A DNA stretch of 64,000 nucleotides. It comes from a virus (lineage: Duplodnaviria > Caudoviricetes). Shown here in pieces: positions 1 through 9,146 of this stretch. Each line of letters starts with the position of its first letter. The stretch's first letter is position 1. The DNA lies in IMG/VR virus record IMGVR_UViG_3300020048_000093, positions 1 to 64,000 of that record; one strand, given 5' to 3'. The position numbers and the translations under genes are program-made. The notes beneath the pieces were generated by a model. It had not been told where the DNA came from, did not search any database, and was given only the letters and a program-made list of their open reading frames with translations.

Positions 1-2
1 TC

Positions 3-80
3 GAAGCCGTCAAGAATGATGGCGATGCACTCCGGTACGTGAACATTTCGGTGTTTGAAATTGACATTGTTCTAAAGTAA
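3..80 (+). CDS. 3' end of a DUF4116-like repeat protein (partial, runs off window start)
   Basis: Frame from nt 3 reads EAVKNDGDALRYVNISVFEIDIVLK*, matching the AVKxNGxALxYV repeat of DUF4116 proteins. Confidence 0.55.
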   Translation, partial: EAVKNDGDALRYVNISVFEIDIVLK

Positions 81-112
81 TACCTCCCCCGATTCGTGAA
101 TCGGGGGAACCT

Positions 113-184
113 TGGCATGTAGTTCAGCGGTAGAACAGCGCCCTTTGAAGGCGTATTGCAGTGGTTCAAATCCACTTGTGCCAA
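113..184 (+). tRNA. tRNA-Gln(UUG)
   Basis: Acceptor TGGCATG/TGTGCCA, D arm GTTC..GAAC, anticodon arm GCGCC-CTTTGAA-GGCGT, T arm AGTGG-TTCAAAT-CCACT; CCA not encoded. Confidence 0.92.
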
Positions 185-212
185 ATAATTTTTATAAAAG
201 GAGGTGAAGTCC

Positions 213-407
213 ATGAAAAATCTTTTGGTTTATCTGTTCGGCGTTCTTGCGAAAATGGTCAACTTTATTGTTGATGCGCTCGCTGCTATGTTCCGCCCGA
301 TTACCTGGAAGCCCGTTATGTCCATGCTTGGCGACTCGGTTTCTTTCGTTATCGGGAAGTACATTTTCGACAAACAGCCGTGTTCCGCGACTGGCGGAAC
401 TTCCTAG
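213..407 (+). CDS. Small hydrophobic hypothetical protein (64 aa) between two tRNAs
   Basis: Strong RBS AGGAGGT at 199-205, ATG at 213; hydrophobic N-terminal half. Confidence 0.7.
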   Translation: MKNLLVYLFGVLAKMVNFIVDALAAMFRPITWKPVMSMLGDSVSFVIGKYIFDKQPCSATGGTS

Positions 408-463
408 CTGCTTTTATGATCTGTGAAAATCGGTCGACTAGGCAAGTACGGCCGATTTTCTAT

Positions 464-547
464 GGAAAGATGCGCGAGGGTTGAAGCGGCCTGTTTGCTA
501 AACAAGTGAGGCGAAAGCCTCTGGGGGTTCGAATCCCCCTCTTTCCG
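464..547 (+). tRNA. tRNA-Ser(GCU)
   Basis: Acceptor GGAAAGA/TCTTTCC, discriminator G, loop TTGCTAA, long variable arm GAGGC-GAAA-GCCTC, T arm GGGGG-TTCGAAT-CCCCC. Confidence 0.92.
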
Positions 548-608
548 ATATGAAAAAAGAGCTCGGACTGGATTTTATTAGGAAAATGATCACGGAGGAA
601 GCATAAAA

Positions 609-941
609 ATGGAAAGCACCTTGCTTTTTAATCCGATTGTGTTTGAGCAACGGCTGATCGCAATCGAAGCGCAGAACCGGGAGATACTCGATCTTCTTAG
701 CGCAAAGAAATACGTGACTCAAAAAGACATAGCGAAGAGCCAGGGGGTAGGGGTTCACACCCTGCTACGGGAGCCCTGGAGGATGCCGAACTTTGGATTG
801 GCGGATGAAGGATCACGCCCCAAAAAATGGTACAGGGAAACGGTTCGTACCTGGGATGAGACGCCTTTTGATCTACGGAAAAGCCGGTGGGAGAATATGC
901 CTCCGGAAGAACGAAATAGATACCTGAAGGTAAAGGACTAA
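609..941 (+). CDS. Putative excisionase/AlpA-like DNA-binding protein
   Basis: RBS GGAGG; N-terminal coiled segment then YVTQKDIAKSQGVGVHTL HTH-like motif. Confidence 0.45.
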   Translation: MESTLLFNPIVFEQRLIAIEAQNREILDLLSAKKYVTQKDIAKSQGVGVHTLLREPWRMPNFGLADEGSRPKKWYRETVRTWDETPFDLRKSRWENMPPEERNRYLKVKD

Positions 942-947
942 AAAGGG

Positions 948-1178
948 ATGTTTATTCAAAGCGGAGGAGGGAGACAGGTTTCGATCTGGATGACCGAGAA
1001 GAACATTGCGCTGGTGGACGCGGTAAGCGAAGCGACCAGTCATTCACGGTCGGCGGTGGTTGGCATGGCTATTGAAGCTGGAAACTTCGAAGAATTACTG
1101 GCAGCAAGAGCCAGCGAAGCACAGCAGGAAACAGCAACGGACAGAAACGAAAACACAGAGGAGGGCGTACAGGCATGA
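948..1178 (+). CDS. Putative ribbon-helix-helix DNA-binding protein
   Basis: RQVSIWMTEKNIALVDAVSEATSHSRSAVVGMAIE fits the strand-helix-helix pattern. Confidence 0.55.
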   Translation: MFIQSGGGRQVSIWMTEKNIALVDAVSEATSHSRSAVVGMAIEAGNFEELLAARASEAQQETATDRNENTEEGVQA

Positions 1179-1528
1179 AAAAGGTTCTGCTGGAAAGCTT
1201 ACAGGACGGGGCTGTTATTGACCTGTTCAACGAGGAGCTGCGGAAAGTAATGGCGAATATCGGGGACATCAACACCAAACCCGATGGCGTTCGGTCTATC
1301 AAGATCGAATTGGTTATTAAGCCGGATAAAACCCGGCGTTCGGCAGATACCAGGCTCACGGTTTCATCGAAACTGGCCGGAATCAAGCCGCAGGAATCTT
1401 TCTTGTTTATCGAGAAAGAAGAGGATGGATCCCTTACGGCATACGAAGATATGCCCGGACCGGAACTCGATCTCGCCCCTAAGGCGAATATTTTTCAGAT
1501 GGCTGAAGCAGCCGGAGGTCCTCGGTGA
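1175..1528 (+). CDS. Conserved phage protein (often annotated replication terminator protein)
   Basis: GAVIDLFNEELRKVMANIGDINT..RSIKIELVIKPD..VSSKLA pattern; RBS GAGGAGG; overlaps neighbours by 4 nt. Confidence 0.6.
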   Translation: MKKVLLESLQDGAVIDLFNEELRKVMANIGDINTKPDGVRSIKIELVIKPDKTRRSADTRLTVSSKLAGIKPQESFLFIEKEEDGSLTAYEDMPGPELDLAPKANIFQMAEAAGGPR

Positions 1529-2259
1529 TAAAAGAAGCGATGGAAAAGGTTGAATCCTATGTAAAGGATACCTTTCTGGTAAAAGTTGGCGACAGGGATT
1601 TTTCTTCAAGGGATTTGAAGCCGGTAATCTGGACGCCGCTCGCCACAACTTTGACTGTTCATACCCTCTCGGGGATTACGGATTATGTTGGCCGGAACAT
1701 TGACACGAAACTCATGGAAAAGCAGTTCATTCATGTTCTGGATGTCGCGACCGTGAGCCTGGTATCTTCTTTGGTCGGAGATGATAGGCGGCGCGAGAAA
1801 CTGCTGGAATGTGTCATGGACAAGAGTTTGGAATCGTTCCCCTTCGGGAAGTTCATGGCCCAGGAGGAATTTGCAATCAAATTCCGGTCCCTGATCGAAA
1901 AGCAGGAAGGTGACGACTCGGAATATGTCCTGACATTGACCTCGAAGCTTTCCGGAGGCACTGCGATTGAAACCGCCGATGACGGAATAACCCAAAAAGT
2001 GGAAGTTTCAAGAGGAATAAAATCTTCTTTGAAGACAGAGGAAACCACAAAGGCGATTGTCAAGCTTGCACCTTTCCGGACATTCCGGGAAATACCGCAG
2101 GTAAAAAGCGACTTTTTGCTTCGCATTCGTCTTTCCGGTGACGATGAACCGCAGGTGGCTTTGTTTGAGGCGGACGGTGGAAGCTGGAGGCATGAAGCGA
2201 TTCTTCGGATCGGCGAATACTTCCGCAATAGGTTCCCGAAAATGTTGGTTATTGCCTAA
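1525..2259 (+). CDS. Conserved phage hypothetical protein, usual partner of the preceding gene
   Basis: 244 aa ORF; C-terminal LAPFRTFREIPQVKSDFLLRI..ALFEADGGSW motif. Confidence 0.65.
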   Translation: MIKEAMEKVESYVKDTFLVKVGDRDFSSRDLKPVIWTPLATTLTVHTLSGITDYVGRNIDTKLMEKQFIHVLDVATVSLVSSLVGDDRRREKLLECVMDKSLESFPFGKFMAQEEFAIKFRSLIEKQEGDDSEYVLTLTSKLSGGTAIETADDGITQKVEVSRGIKSSLKTEETTKAIVKLAPFRTFREIPQVKSDFLLRIRLSGDDEPQVALFEADGGSWRHEAILRIGEYFRNRFPKMLVIA

Positions 2260-2295
2260 AAAAAGACCCGCGCCTTGTGAGGAGGCGCGAGTCAC
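2258..2295 (-). terminator. Hairpin with A-run on its 5' side (intrinsic terminator for the - strand, or stabilising stem)
   Basis: AAAAAA GACCCGCGCCT-TGTGAGG-AGGCGCGAGTC. Confidence 0.45.
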
Positions 2296-2348
2296 GAAAG
2301 AGAAGCGATAAGTAAAGAATAGTTGTTTTCTATCAGGGAGTCAATATT

Positions 2349-3359
2349 ATGGCTGATTTACTAAACGGGGCTTTTACAAAGATACCTCTGGACAGCTTCA
2401 AAAACGACGATGAGTGGCGCGAGAGTAGAAAATCATACATTGGCGGATCGGATGCCGGAAAAATACTCGGCATGAGCAGTTACGGTTCGGCCCTGACGGT
2501 TTACTGCGACAAGAAGGGCATGACCTCCTTCGACGGCAACAAGGCAACGAGACGGGGCAAAATACTTGAGCCGGTGGTCCGGGACTATACCCGAGAAGAA
2601 TTACACGTAGGAATCGCGGAATCTCCGTATATGTACGTTTCGAACGAATATCCTTTCATGCTGGCTAATATCGACGGGATATTCGTAACCGATGAACCTG
2701 TGCTTATCGGTAAAACGGAAGTACTGGGGATGGGCGGACACGAAATAAAAACGTCGATGATGGCAACCGGATTTTCTGAAGACGAAGTGCCGGACGAATA
2801 TTACTGTCAGGTGCAGCATTATATGGCTGTCCTGAACCTTGCATGGTTCATTCTTTCGGTCTACATGCTCATGAAAGACGAAGTGAAACATTACTACGTG
2901 CCGAGAAACGACGACTTTATCAAGAATGTTCTTATTCCCGGAGAGAAGGATTTTTGGGAAAACTACTTCATGAAAAACATCATGCCAGCACCGGACGGCA
3001 TCGACAGCGAAGAGGACCTTGTAACCGGAATGTTTTCTCCTGGTGATGGGGTTTTGGTTCTTACTTCGGCTGAAGAAGAGCTCTGCAGGGACTACGAAAA
3101 AAATTCGGCAATCATGAAAGAAGCCGAAGCCTGCAAGAAGGCGGCGGGCGTTGCCTTGAAGCTGAGCATCAATAACCGTGGACACGGAAATGTTGGACTG
3201 GGAAAAGTTTCGGCACAGGCAGGCGAATTCTCAATCTCCTGGAGCAGGTTTATAACCAAACGGGTTGACGGGGACAAGCTGAAGATCGACGGGCTGTACG
3301 AAAAGTACTCGAAAGAATCCGAAAGCGGTCAATTCCGCATAACCAACAAGGGTGCGTGA
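2349..3359 (+). CDS. yqaJ: YqaJ-like viral recombinase / lambda-exonuclease family nuclease
   Basis: W...R..YIGGSDAGKILG, LANIDG, HEIKT, YYCQVQHYMAV motifs. Confidence 0.92.
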   Translation: MADLLNGAFTKIPLDSFKNDDEWRESRKSYIGGSDAGKILGMSSYGSALTVYCDKKGMTSFDGNKATRRGKILEPVVRDYTREELHVGIAESPYMYVSNEYPFMLANIDGIFVTDEPVLIGKTEVLGMGGHEIKTSMMATGFSEDEVPDEYYCQVQHYMAVLNLAWFILSVYMLMKDEVKHYYVPRNDDFIKNVLIPGEKDFWENYFMKNIMPAPDGIDSEEDLVTGMFSPGDGVLVLTSAEEELCRDYEKNSAIMKEAEACKKAAGVALKLSINNRGHGNVGLGKVSAQAGEFSISWSRFITKRVDGDKLKIDGLYEKYSKESESGQFRITNKGA

Positions 3360-3553
3360 TGAAAACAAACTTCGATCCATGCCGGGCGTGCGGAAGCCTC
3401 GATGCCTTTATTAAGGCTGACGGAATGATGGGGTGTCCGTTCAGGGTGTATTGCCCGGACTGCGGGGCTACGACGGTTTACCACATGACCAGGGATCAGG
3501 CTACCGAGGGCTGGAACAAAACAAACAAAAGGAGTGATCAGTATGCTACTTAA
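3356..3553 (+). CDS. Lar-like (restriction alleviation family) zinc-ribbon protein
   Basis: PCRACGS...VYCPDCGATT......ATEGWN pattern. Confidence 0.6.
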   Translation: MMKTNFDPCRACGSLDAFIKADGMMGCPFRVYCPDCGATTVYHMTRDQATEGWNKTNKRSDQYAT

Positions 3554-4805
3554 AAGAATCGAGATACGGAATATCCGGAAAATAAAGCAAGCAGACATCG
3601 AATTTCACGGACCCGGACTGCAAACTATCCAAGGGATGAACAAATCCGGCAAGACAACGCTGGCCCAGGCCATTTCCCTTACGCTGAACGGTCCTAAGTC
3701 GTACACCGAGGGCATGATTACCATTGGGCAAGAAAACGCCGAAGTAATTGCTTATACCGATGATGGCCTGAAAATCCGGACCATTATCAGTGATACGGTA
3801 AAGCAGGAAGTTTCCCGCATAGACGGGGAGCGATACACCAAAGTGACTGGAGGGGTCCGGGAATTCATAAACTCCATCAGGTCGGGACTTGAAACTCCGT
3901 GGTCGCTCAAGGACATGACCGATGAACAGATCATCAATCTGCTGAAAAATCGGTACGGAATCACTGACCAGATCGCCGTGATAGATACTACAATCAAGCA
4001 GAAAGAAACAACCAGAACAGAAATTGGCCGTGATATCAAGAAAATCGGGGATCTTGTTGCTGTGGCGGAGGTCGCCCATGGCAAGCCAATCGACAGCCTG
4101 AAGGAACAGGGAAGGGAAATGCTCAAAGCAATTGAAGACGAGCACCAGCTGTACCGTTCGTTTGCGGATGATGCACGTTCAAAATGTATCATCACCGATA
4201 TGGAAGATATCAAAAACTACTTCGATTACTTGTCGAAGCGAAAAAACATTCTGGTAGATTACCTTAGAACCATGCCTGCATACACACAGGAGGCCGTGGA
4301 TGCATGCGAAGCTCAAGTTTCATCTTGGTATGAGTCCGAGCGCCGCGCAGACGCCTACGATGCCTATAAAGCGAAACTGGACGAGAAAACAAAGCTTGAG
4401 GAAGACTACGCTTCTCGTACGGAAGAGATCGAGCGTCTTCGTGTGGATCGAAAAATAATGTTGGCCAGCATGAAACTCGGGATCAAGGGACTTGAAATCA
4501 CCGAGGATAATCGGCTGCTTAATAACGGAGCGGTCCGGGGGATTACCGATACCAACAAAGTCGGTAACTGGTCAACAGCGGAATCGGTACAGGTGTTTTT
4601 CTCTATCGGAGCCATCTTCGCATCGGAATTCAAGGTGTTGATCGTGGATAACGCCGAAAGCCTTGACGAAAATACCCAGGCAATTATTTCGGACTGGGCC
4701 GCAAAGTCGGGATTTCTGGTAATTCTCCTGAAGGTTGGACAGGTACCGGAAGAGCTGGAAGACGGGATTATCTATCTCAAGGAAGGCGAGGTAATCGTAA
4801 AATGA
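3543..4805 (+). CDS. SMC/Rad50-like AAA (ABC-type) ATPase
   Basis: Walker A GMNKSGKTT, central coiled coil, degenerate signature WSTAE, Walker B LIVDNAESLD; RBS AGGAG before ATG 3543. Confidence 0.85.
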   Translation: MLLKRIEIRNIRKIKQADIEFHGPGLQTIQGMNKSGKTTLAQAISLTLNGPKSYTEGMITIGQENAEVIAYTDDGLKIRTIISDTVKQEVSRIDGERYTKVTGGVREFINSIRSGLETPWSLKDMTDEQIINLLKNRYGITDQIAVIDTTIKQKETTRTEIGRDIKKIGDLVAVAEVAHGKPIDSLKEQGREMLKAIEDEHQLYRSFADDARSKCIITDMEDIKNYFDYLSKRKNILVDYLRTMPAYTQEAVDACEAQVSSWYESERRADAYDAYKAKLDEKTKLEEDYASRTEEIERLRVDRKIMLASMKLGIKGLEITEDNRLLNNGAVRGITDTNKVGNWSTAESVQVFFSIGAIFASEFKVLIVDNAESLDENTQAIISDWAAKSGFLVILLKVGQVPEELEDGIIYLKEGEVIVK

Positions 4806-5374
4806 TCGTAGCATGGGTAGATGTGGAGACAACCGGCCTTGATGAAAAAAAGCACGGGATACATGAGATTGCCTTCATCATTACGAAGGGGGGAGAAGTC
4901 CAGGACAAACGTGTATTTCATTCAAACCCCATGTCGGCTGGCCTCCAGTATGATCCGGAAAGCGCAAAGGCGCATGGAATGAAAGAGTGCGATATTTCTG
5001 TGTATCCATGCGAACGGGAAATGTTTCCGAACATACTCAAGGCATTCGCCTTGCATACAGGGATTGGGGCGGACAAAGAAAAAATGGTATTCGCCGGATA
5101 CAATTGCCCGTTTGACTACAAATTCGTCAAGGAAATGTTTGAACGAAACGACGCCTCGATGGAAGATTGGTTTAACGGGCAGTTCATCGATGTGTATGAA
5201 CTGGTAAAGAAGGGCGGAAGCATGGGCAAGCTGCCTGTTACGGAAAACAAAAAATTGGGAACCATGTGCAAGTCGCTTGGTGTCAATCTGCAAAACGCGC
5301 ACGGTGCTGAAGCCGATATTCTCGCTACGCGGGAATTGGCAATTGTACTTTTCAGAATGGGAGTAAAAGCATGA
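4802..5374 (+). CDS. DEDDh 3'-5' exonuclease (DnaQ-like)
   Basis: ExoI DVETTG, ExoII GYNCPFD, ExoIII AHGAEADI. Confidence 0.92.
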   Translation: MIVAWVDVETTGLDEKKHGIHEIAFIITKGGEVQDKRVFHSNPMSAGLQYDPESAKAHGMKECDISVYPCEREMFPNILKAFALHTGIGADKEKMVFAGYNCPFDYKFVKEMFERNDASMEDWFNGQFIDVYELVKKGGSMGKLPVTENKKLGTMCKSLGVNLQNAHGAEADILATRELAIVLFRMGVKA

Positions 5375-6354
5375 AAACCGATGGATCAAACGCTACCACA
5401 AAACAGCTAGAAAAATCCGACGCCGGAAGCTTGCGGTCGCTTATCGTATCGATGACAAAAGAAATCGAACGGGCATTGCCTAAAGGTGTGACGGCGGACC
5501 GCATGGCCAGAATCGCCATGACTGCCGTATCGAAGAATCCGAAACTGGGGGGCTGCACGCAGCAAACTTTTCTTGGTTCACTTCTGACATCCTGCCAGCT
5601 TGGCCTTGAGGTGAACACTCCTCTTGGCCATGCGTACCTCATACCGAGGATGAACAACAAAACCAAAAGCCTTGAGTGCAATTTCCAGATGGGATATCAG
5701 GGTGTCATCGAACTGTCATACCGGTCCGGAATGTACAAGAAGATCAAAGCGGTTGCTGTTTATGAGGGGGACCAGTTTGACTACGCATATGGTTCCAGCG
5801 AACAGATCATACACGTTCCCTGCGGCAAGACCGAAAAGGTGAAGTACGTCTATGCTATCTACAAGTTGACGAATGGCGGAGAGGACTTCGAGGTCTGGCC
5901 CTGGCAGCAGGTGCTTGACCATGCCCGCAAAAATTCGGAATCCTGGGATAAAGACAAAAGTGATTTTCGGTATGGCTCCGCGTGGCGGGATGATCCTGTC
6001 GCGATGGGAAAGAAAACCGTCCTTCTCGCCTTGCTCAAATACGCTCCGAAAAGCGTAGAGCTCGCAACAGCTGTTACTTCCGATGACCATGTAATAGCCA
6101 TGAGAACGATTCAGGACGGGGAAACAACAATACCATTTACCGAACCGGTACCATATGAATCGGATACTGGATCGGAAGAATCGGTATCGAATACGTCGGA
6201 ATCACATGACGATCCGGAAACAACAGTCTTGGCAAAAGCGGCCGGAAAAGCACCGATAACTATTAAAACGGTACAGCCGGCCGATATGGAAGCGGAACTG
6301 CTCAAGGAAGCGCAAGAATTGGGCATGACATCGGCCCCGGATTTCGGCGCATGA
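5371..6354 (+). CDS. recT: RecT family single-strand annealing recombinase
   Basis: LGLEVNTPLGHAYLIP, FQMGYQGVIELSYRSG, W..DPVAMGKKTVL; acidic C-terminal tail. Confidence 0.95.
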   Translation: MKTDGSNATTKQLEKSDAGSLRSLIVSMTKEIERALPKGVTADRMARIAMTAVSKNPKLGGCTQQTFLGSLLTSCQLGLEVNTPLGHAYLIPRMNNKTKSLECNFQMGYQGVIELSYRSGMYKKIKAVAVYEGDQFDYAYGSSEQIIHVPCGKTEKVKYVYAIYKLTNGGEDFEVWPWQQVLDHARKNSESWDKDKSDFRYGSAWRDDPVAMGKKTVLLALLKYAPKSVELATAVTSDDHVIAMRTIQDGETTIPFTEPVPYESDTGSEESVSNTSESHDDPETTVLAKAAGKAPITIKTVQPADMEAELLKEAQELGMTSAPDFGA

Positions 6355-7190
6355 AGATTACGGCACGGTTCAGGGGGGCGTTCAAAGAGGGATGCGTCTA
6401 TCTGCTTCCTCTGGACAAGAAAGACATCACGCTTATTAAAAAGCTTTTCGACACAAAGAAGTCGCGGGAAACTTATAACAAGAAGGAATTCTTCCTTACG
6501 TCTACTCTGGACCTGCCAAATCAGTCGAAGACCCACAAACAGCTGGGAACAGTTTTCAAGCTCATTGACGTGATATTCCAGTCGATGGAAGGCCGGAAGC
6601 CAACCGGAGACGAAAAGGATGCCTTGTACTATGACCTTTTAGAAGAATACGGGGACAAGGTGCCGACACGGTTTTCCGGAAAACTCCGGACAATACGATT
6701 GTCTGAATCTGATTCGGTTGCTGCCGCCCACTTCATCGACGGGCTTTTGTACCATCTTTGCACAGTAGCTGATATCGAACAGGATTTACAGTCTACGGTT
6801 GTCGAGATTTTATGGGATTGGGCGTCATGGCGTGGACAGCAGGAAGTGGATCCGCTCGATTATTCCGATGCGGACTGCGAAAAGGAAGTAACCGAGAAAA
6901 TATGGCGTGAAAAGCATGTTTATTCGGAAGCCACCGGGATCGGCGGCCGGATGGAAAAAGCGCACATTGTTTCCAGAGGTTCTGATGCTGCCGATATAGA
7001 GGCACCTTGGAATTGGCTCTCACTTACTTCCGAGGAACACGCCGAGCAGCATCAGTATGGTTGGGATTATTTCTTGCAAAAATATCCCCACCTGAAGGGT
7101 AAGATTAACCGTGCCAGGGAAAAGGCAGGAAAGCTGGAGTTGCGGGACGTAACACCAATTGCCAGACTGGCCTTGGAAGCCGCGATTTGA
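6351..7190 (+). CDS. Phage protein with C-terminal HNH-like (DUF968/HNHc-type) domain
   Basis: AHIVSRG...NWLSLTSEEHAEQH..GW..F; located next to recT. Confidence 0.55.
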   Translation: MKITARFRGAFKEGCVYLLPLDKKDITLIKKLFDTKKSRETYNKKEFFLTSTLDLPNQSKTHKQLGTVFKLIDVIFQSMEGRKPTGDEKDALYYDLLEEYGDKVPTRFSGKLRTIRLSESDSVAAAHFIDGLLYHLCTVADIEQDLQSTVVEILWDWASWRGQQEVDPLDYSDADCEKEVTEKIWREKHVYSEATGIGGRMEKAHIVSRGSDAADIEAPWNWLSLTSEEHAEQHQYGWDYFLQKYPHLKGKINRAREKAGKLELRDVTPIARLALEAAI

Positions 7191-7260
7191 GTCAAAGAAT
7201 TCGGCATTACGTTTGACAGAAAACCAATATCCGAATGTTCGGACGAAAGGATGAGATGGT

Positions 7261-8355
7261 ATGGCAAGGCCCGGAAAAGAAGGGATAGAATATTTTCCAC
7301 TAGATACAATGATGGATGACAATTTTGAACTGGTAGAGGCCAAATACGGAGCTGAGGGTTTTCGGGTTATAATAAAAATGTGGCAGAAGATTTATAGGGA
7401 GAATGGATATTTCCTTGAATGGGACGAGCGAGCACGGATACTTTTCTCGAAACGTATCAATGTAGAAATAAACCTTGTTGACACTATCATAACCGACGCG
7501 GTGGAAACGGGATTGTTCGACAGCGAGCTTTTTAAGAAAGGGATATTAACGTCAAGCGGGATCCAGAAACGCTTCTTTGAAGCGGCTAAAAGAAGGATTG
7601 TTTTACCAGTATATGAAAATCTTTTATTGGTTGACTTAACCACCATTGGAATAACTCGTAAGAATTATCAGGAAATAAAACTGTCCAGGTATGTTTTTCC
7701 TGACGAAGGAGAAAGAGATAAAGCCGAGATTATTCCAGAAATAACCCCGCAGGAACCGGTACTGGCAACACAGAAACCGGTATTCAAGTATCAGGTAAAT
7801 GACGGAGCATCTCGACTGTCGAAGTCACAAAAAAGTTGGAATTTGAAGGAATTAGTACCCGCTTCCAGAGTTTCTGTGATACAATTTAGACCAGAGGAAT
7901 TGTCTGGATGCTTGGCTATTATCCAAGCATATAGCGACGAAGAGATTGAAAACGCCTTGGATAACTACAGTAAAATTTTGCAGTCAACGAAGCATGAAAT
8001 AGACGTTAAGTATCAATACCAATCTTTCCAAGGGTTTATCATGAAGGGCGTGGAAAAGTTTGTATCATCTGCTGATCCATGGACGCGATGCTTGAAGAAA
8101 GCTGCCGTCACGGGAAAACAAACTCCCGATAGAGTGACGATGGAGACAACAACATGTCGGTCTTGCGGAGCCGAGAGCAAGAGCACGGGATCATGTGGAT
8201 ACTGCGGATATTATCCGGGCATGGACTGTACGCCGGAAGAACACGCTGCGTGGTTTGCTGACGAACAGGCAGGGAAAAACGAACGTGTTGATGCTCGCGG
8301 AATAATGTTTGGTTTTCTGGAAAACAGGATCTCGGAAAAAGAAGATTCTGGATAG
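7261..8355 (+). CDS. DUF4373 / Lin1244-like replication initiation protein with C-terminal zinc ribbon
   Basis: MARPGKEGIEYFPLD..KYGAEG..IY.ENGY..W and LTSSGIQKRF; CRSCG/CGYCG near the C-terminus. Confidence 0.8.
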   Translation: MARPGKEGIEYFPLDTMMDDNFELVEAKYGAEGFRVIIKMWQKIYRENGYFLEWDERARILFSKRINVEINLVDTIITDAVETGLFDSELFKKGILTSSGIQKRFFEAAKRRIVLPVYENLLLVDLTTIGITRKNYQEIKLSRYVFPDEGERDKAEIIPEITPQEPVLATQKPVFKYQVNDGASRLSKSQKSWNLKELVPASRVSVIQFRPEELSGCLAIIQAYSDEEIENALDNYSKILQSTKHEIDVKYQYQSFQGFIMKGVEKFVSSADPWTRCLKKAAVTGKQTPDRVTMETTTCRSCGAESKSTGSCGYCGYYPGMDCTPEEHAAWFADEQAGKNERVDARGIMFGFLENRISEKEDSG

Positions 8356-8399
8356 TCTGAATAGGCATAAAGAATAAAGTTATTTACCAAGGAGTTACT

Positions 8400-8639
8400 A
8401 TGAAAAAGGTTACATTCAAGCTGAGAAACAGAGTTTTTTGGGTAAGCCAGTCGAGTGGTTTCGAAACATCGAAAGAGGGAATAATAGTACGTGTGATTGC
8501 TGCAGGAGTACAACCTGAAAAATCAGGAAAAACAATGAAACAACCGGGTATGCCGCGTGACCACGAATCATACATTGTCAAGGTCGGGGAAAAGTTATAC
8601 TGGCCGAGGGTTTCACAGCTTGTAAAGGTGCCGAAGTAA
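8400..8639 (+). CDS. Small phage hypothetical protein (SH3-like fold possible)
   Basis: RBS AAGGAG; V.W.SQS.G...KEG.I...SYIV.V...LYWPRVSQL. Confidence 0.7.
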   Translation: MKKVTFKLRNRVFWVSQSSGFETSKEGIIVRVIAAGVQPEKSGKTMKQPGMPRDHESYIVKVGEKLYWPRVSQLVKVPK

Positions 8640-9119
8640 ATGAGTACAGATGTAAATCACGTAATACTAATTGGCCGCCTAACCCGAGATGCAGAACTTA
8701 AATATACCTCGGGCGGCCAGGCGGTCTGCAAATTTGCCATAGCGGTCAACAGACGAAAGAAAAGCGGAGACCAGTGGGTCGAGGAAGCGAGCTTTTTCGA
8801 TATCGTCCTGTGGGGCCGGTCGGGAGAAACGCTTAACCAGTATCTGGTCAAGGGCAAGCAGATAGCCGTTGAAGGCGAGCTTAATCAAAACCGATGGGAG
8901 CAGGACGGACAGGCGCGTTCCAAGATCGAGATTATGGCAAGCAATGTTCAATTGCTCGGCGGTGGAGAGGCCAGGCAGGGCGGCGTGGCAGCACAATCGG
9001 AAGGATCTGGACAACCGTATCAAAAACGGGAACAAAGAGCGCCTGCGAGTACGAGTGGCAATCATACTCCAATACCTACTAACGACCAGCCGGATTTTCC
9101 GGACGACATACCATTCTAG
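8640..9119 (+). CDS. ssb: Single-stranded DNA-binding protein
   Basis: VNHVILIGRLTRDAELKYT OB fold; acidic tail ending DFPDDIPF. Confidence 0.98.
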   Translation: MSTDVNHVILIGRLTRDAELKYTSGGQAVCKFAIAVNRRKKSGDQWVEEASFFDIVLWGRSGETLNQYLVKGKQIAVEGELNQNRWEQDGQARSKIEIMASNVQLLGGGEARQGGVAAQSEGSGQPYQKREQRAPASTSGNHTPIPTNDQPDFPDDIPF

Positions 9120-9146
9120 ACTGAAATAAAACCAGGAGATGTCAAT

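Noticed and set aside
550-606. 18-aa ORF immediately after tRNA-Ser
   Set aside because: No RBS; likely chance, and its 3' end just holds the RBS of the next gene
7213-7243. TTGACA followed by palindrome TCCGAA-TG-TTCGGA upstream of the replication gene
   Set aside because: No acceptable -10 at 16-18 nt and no second copy of the palindrome noticed; possible operator but unsupported
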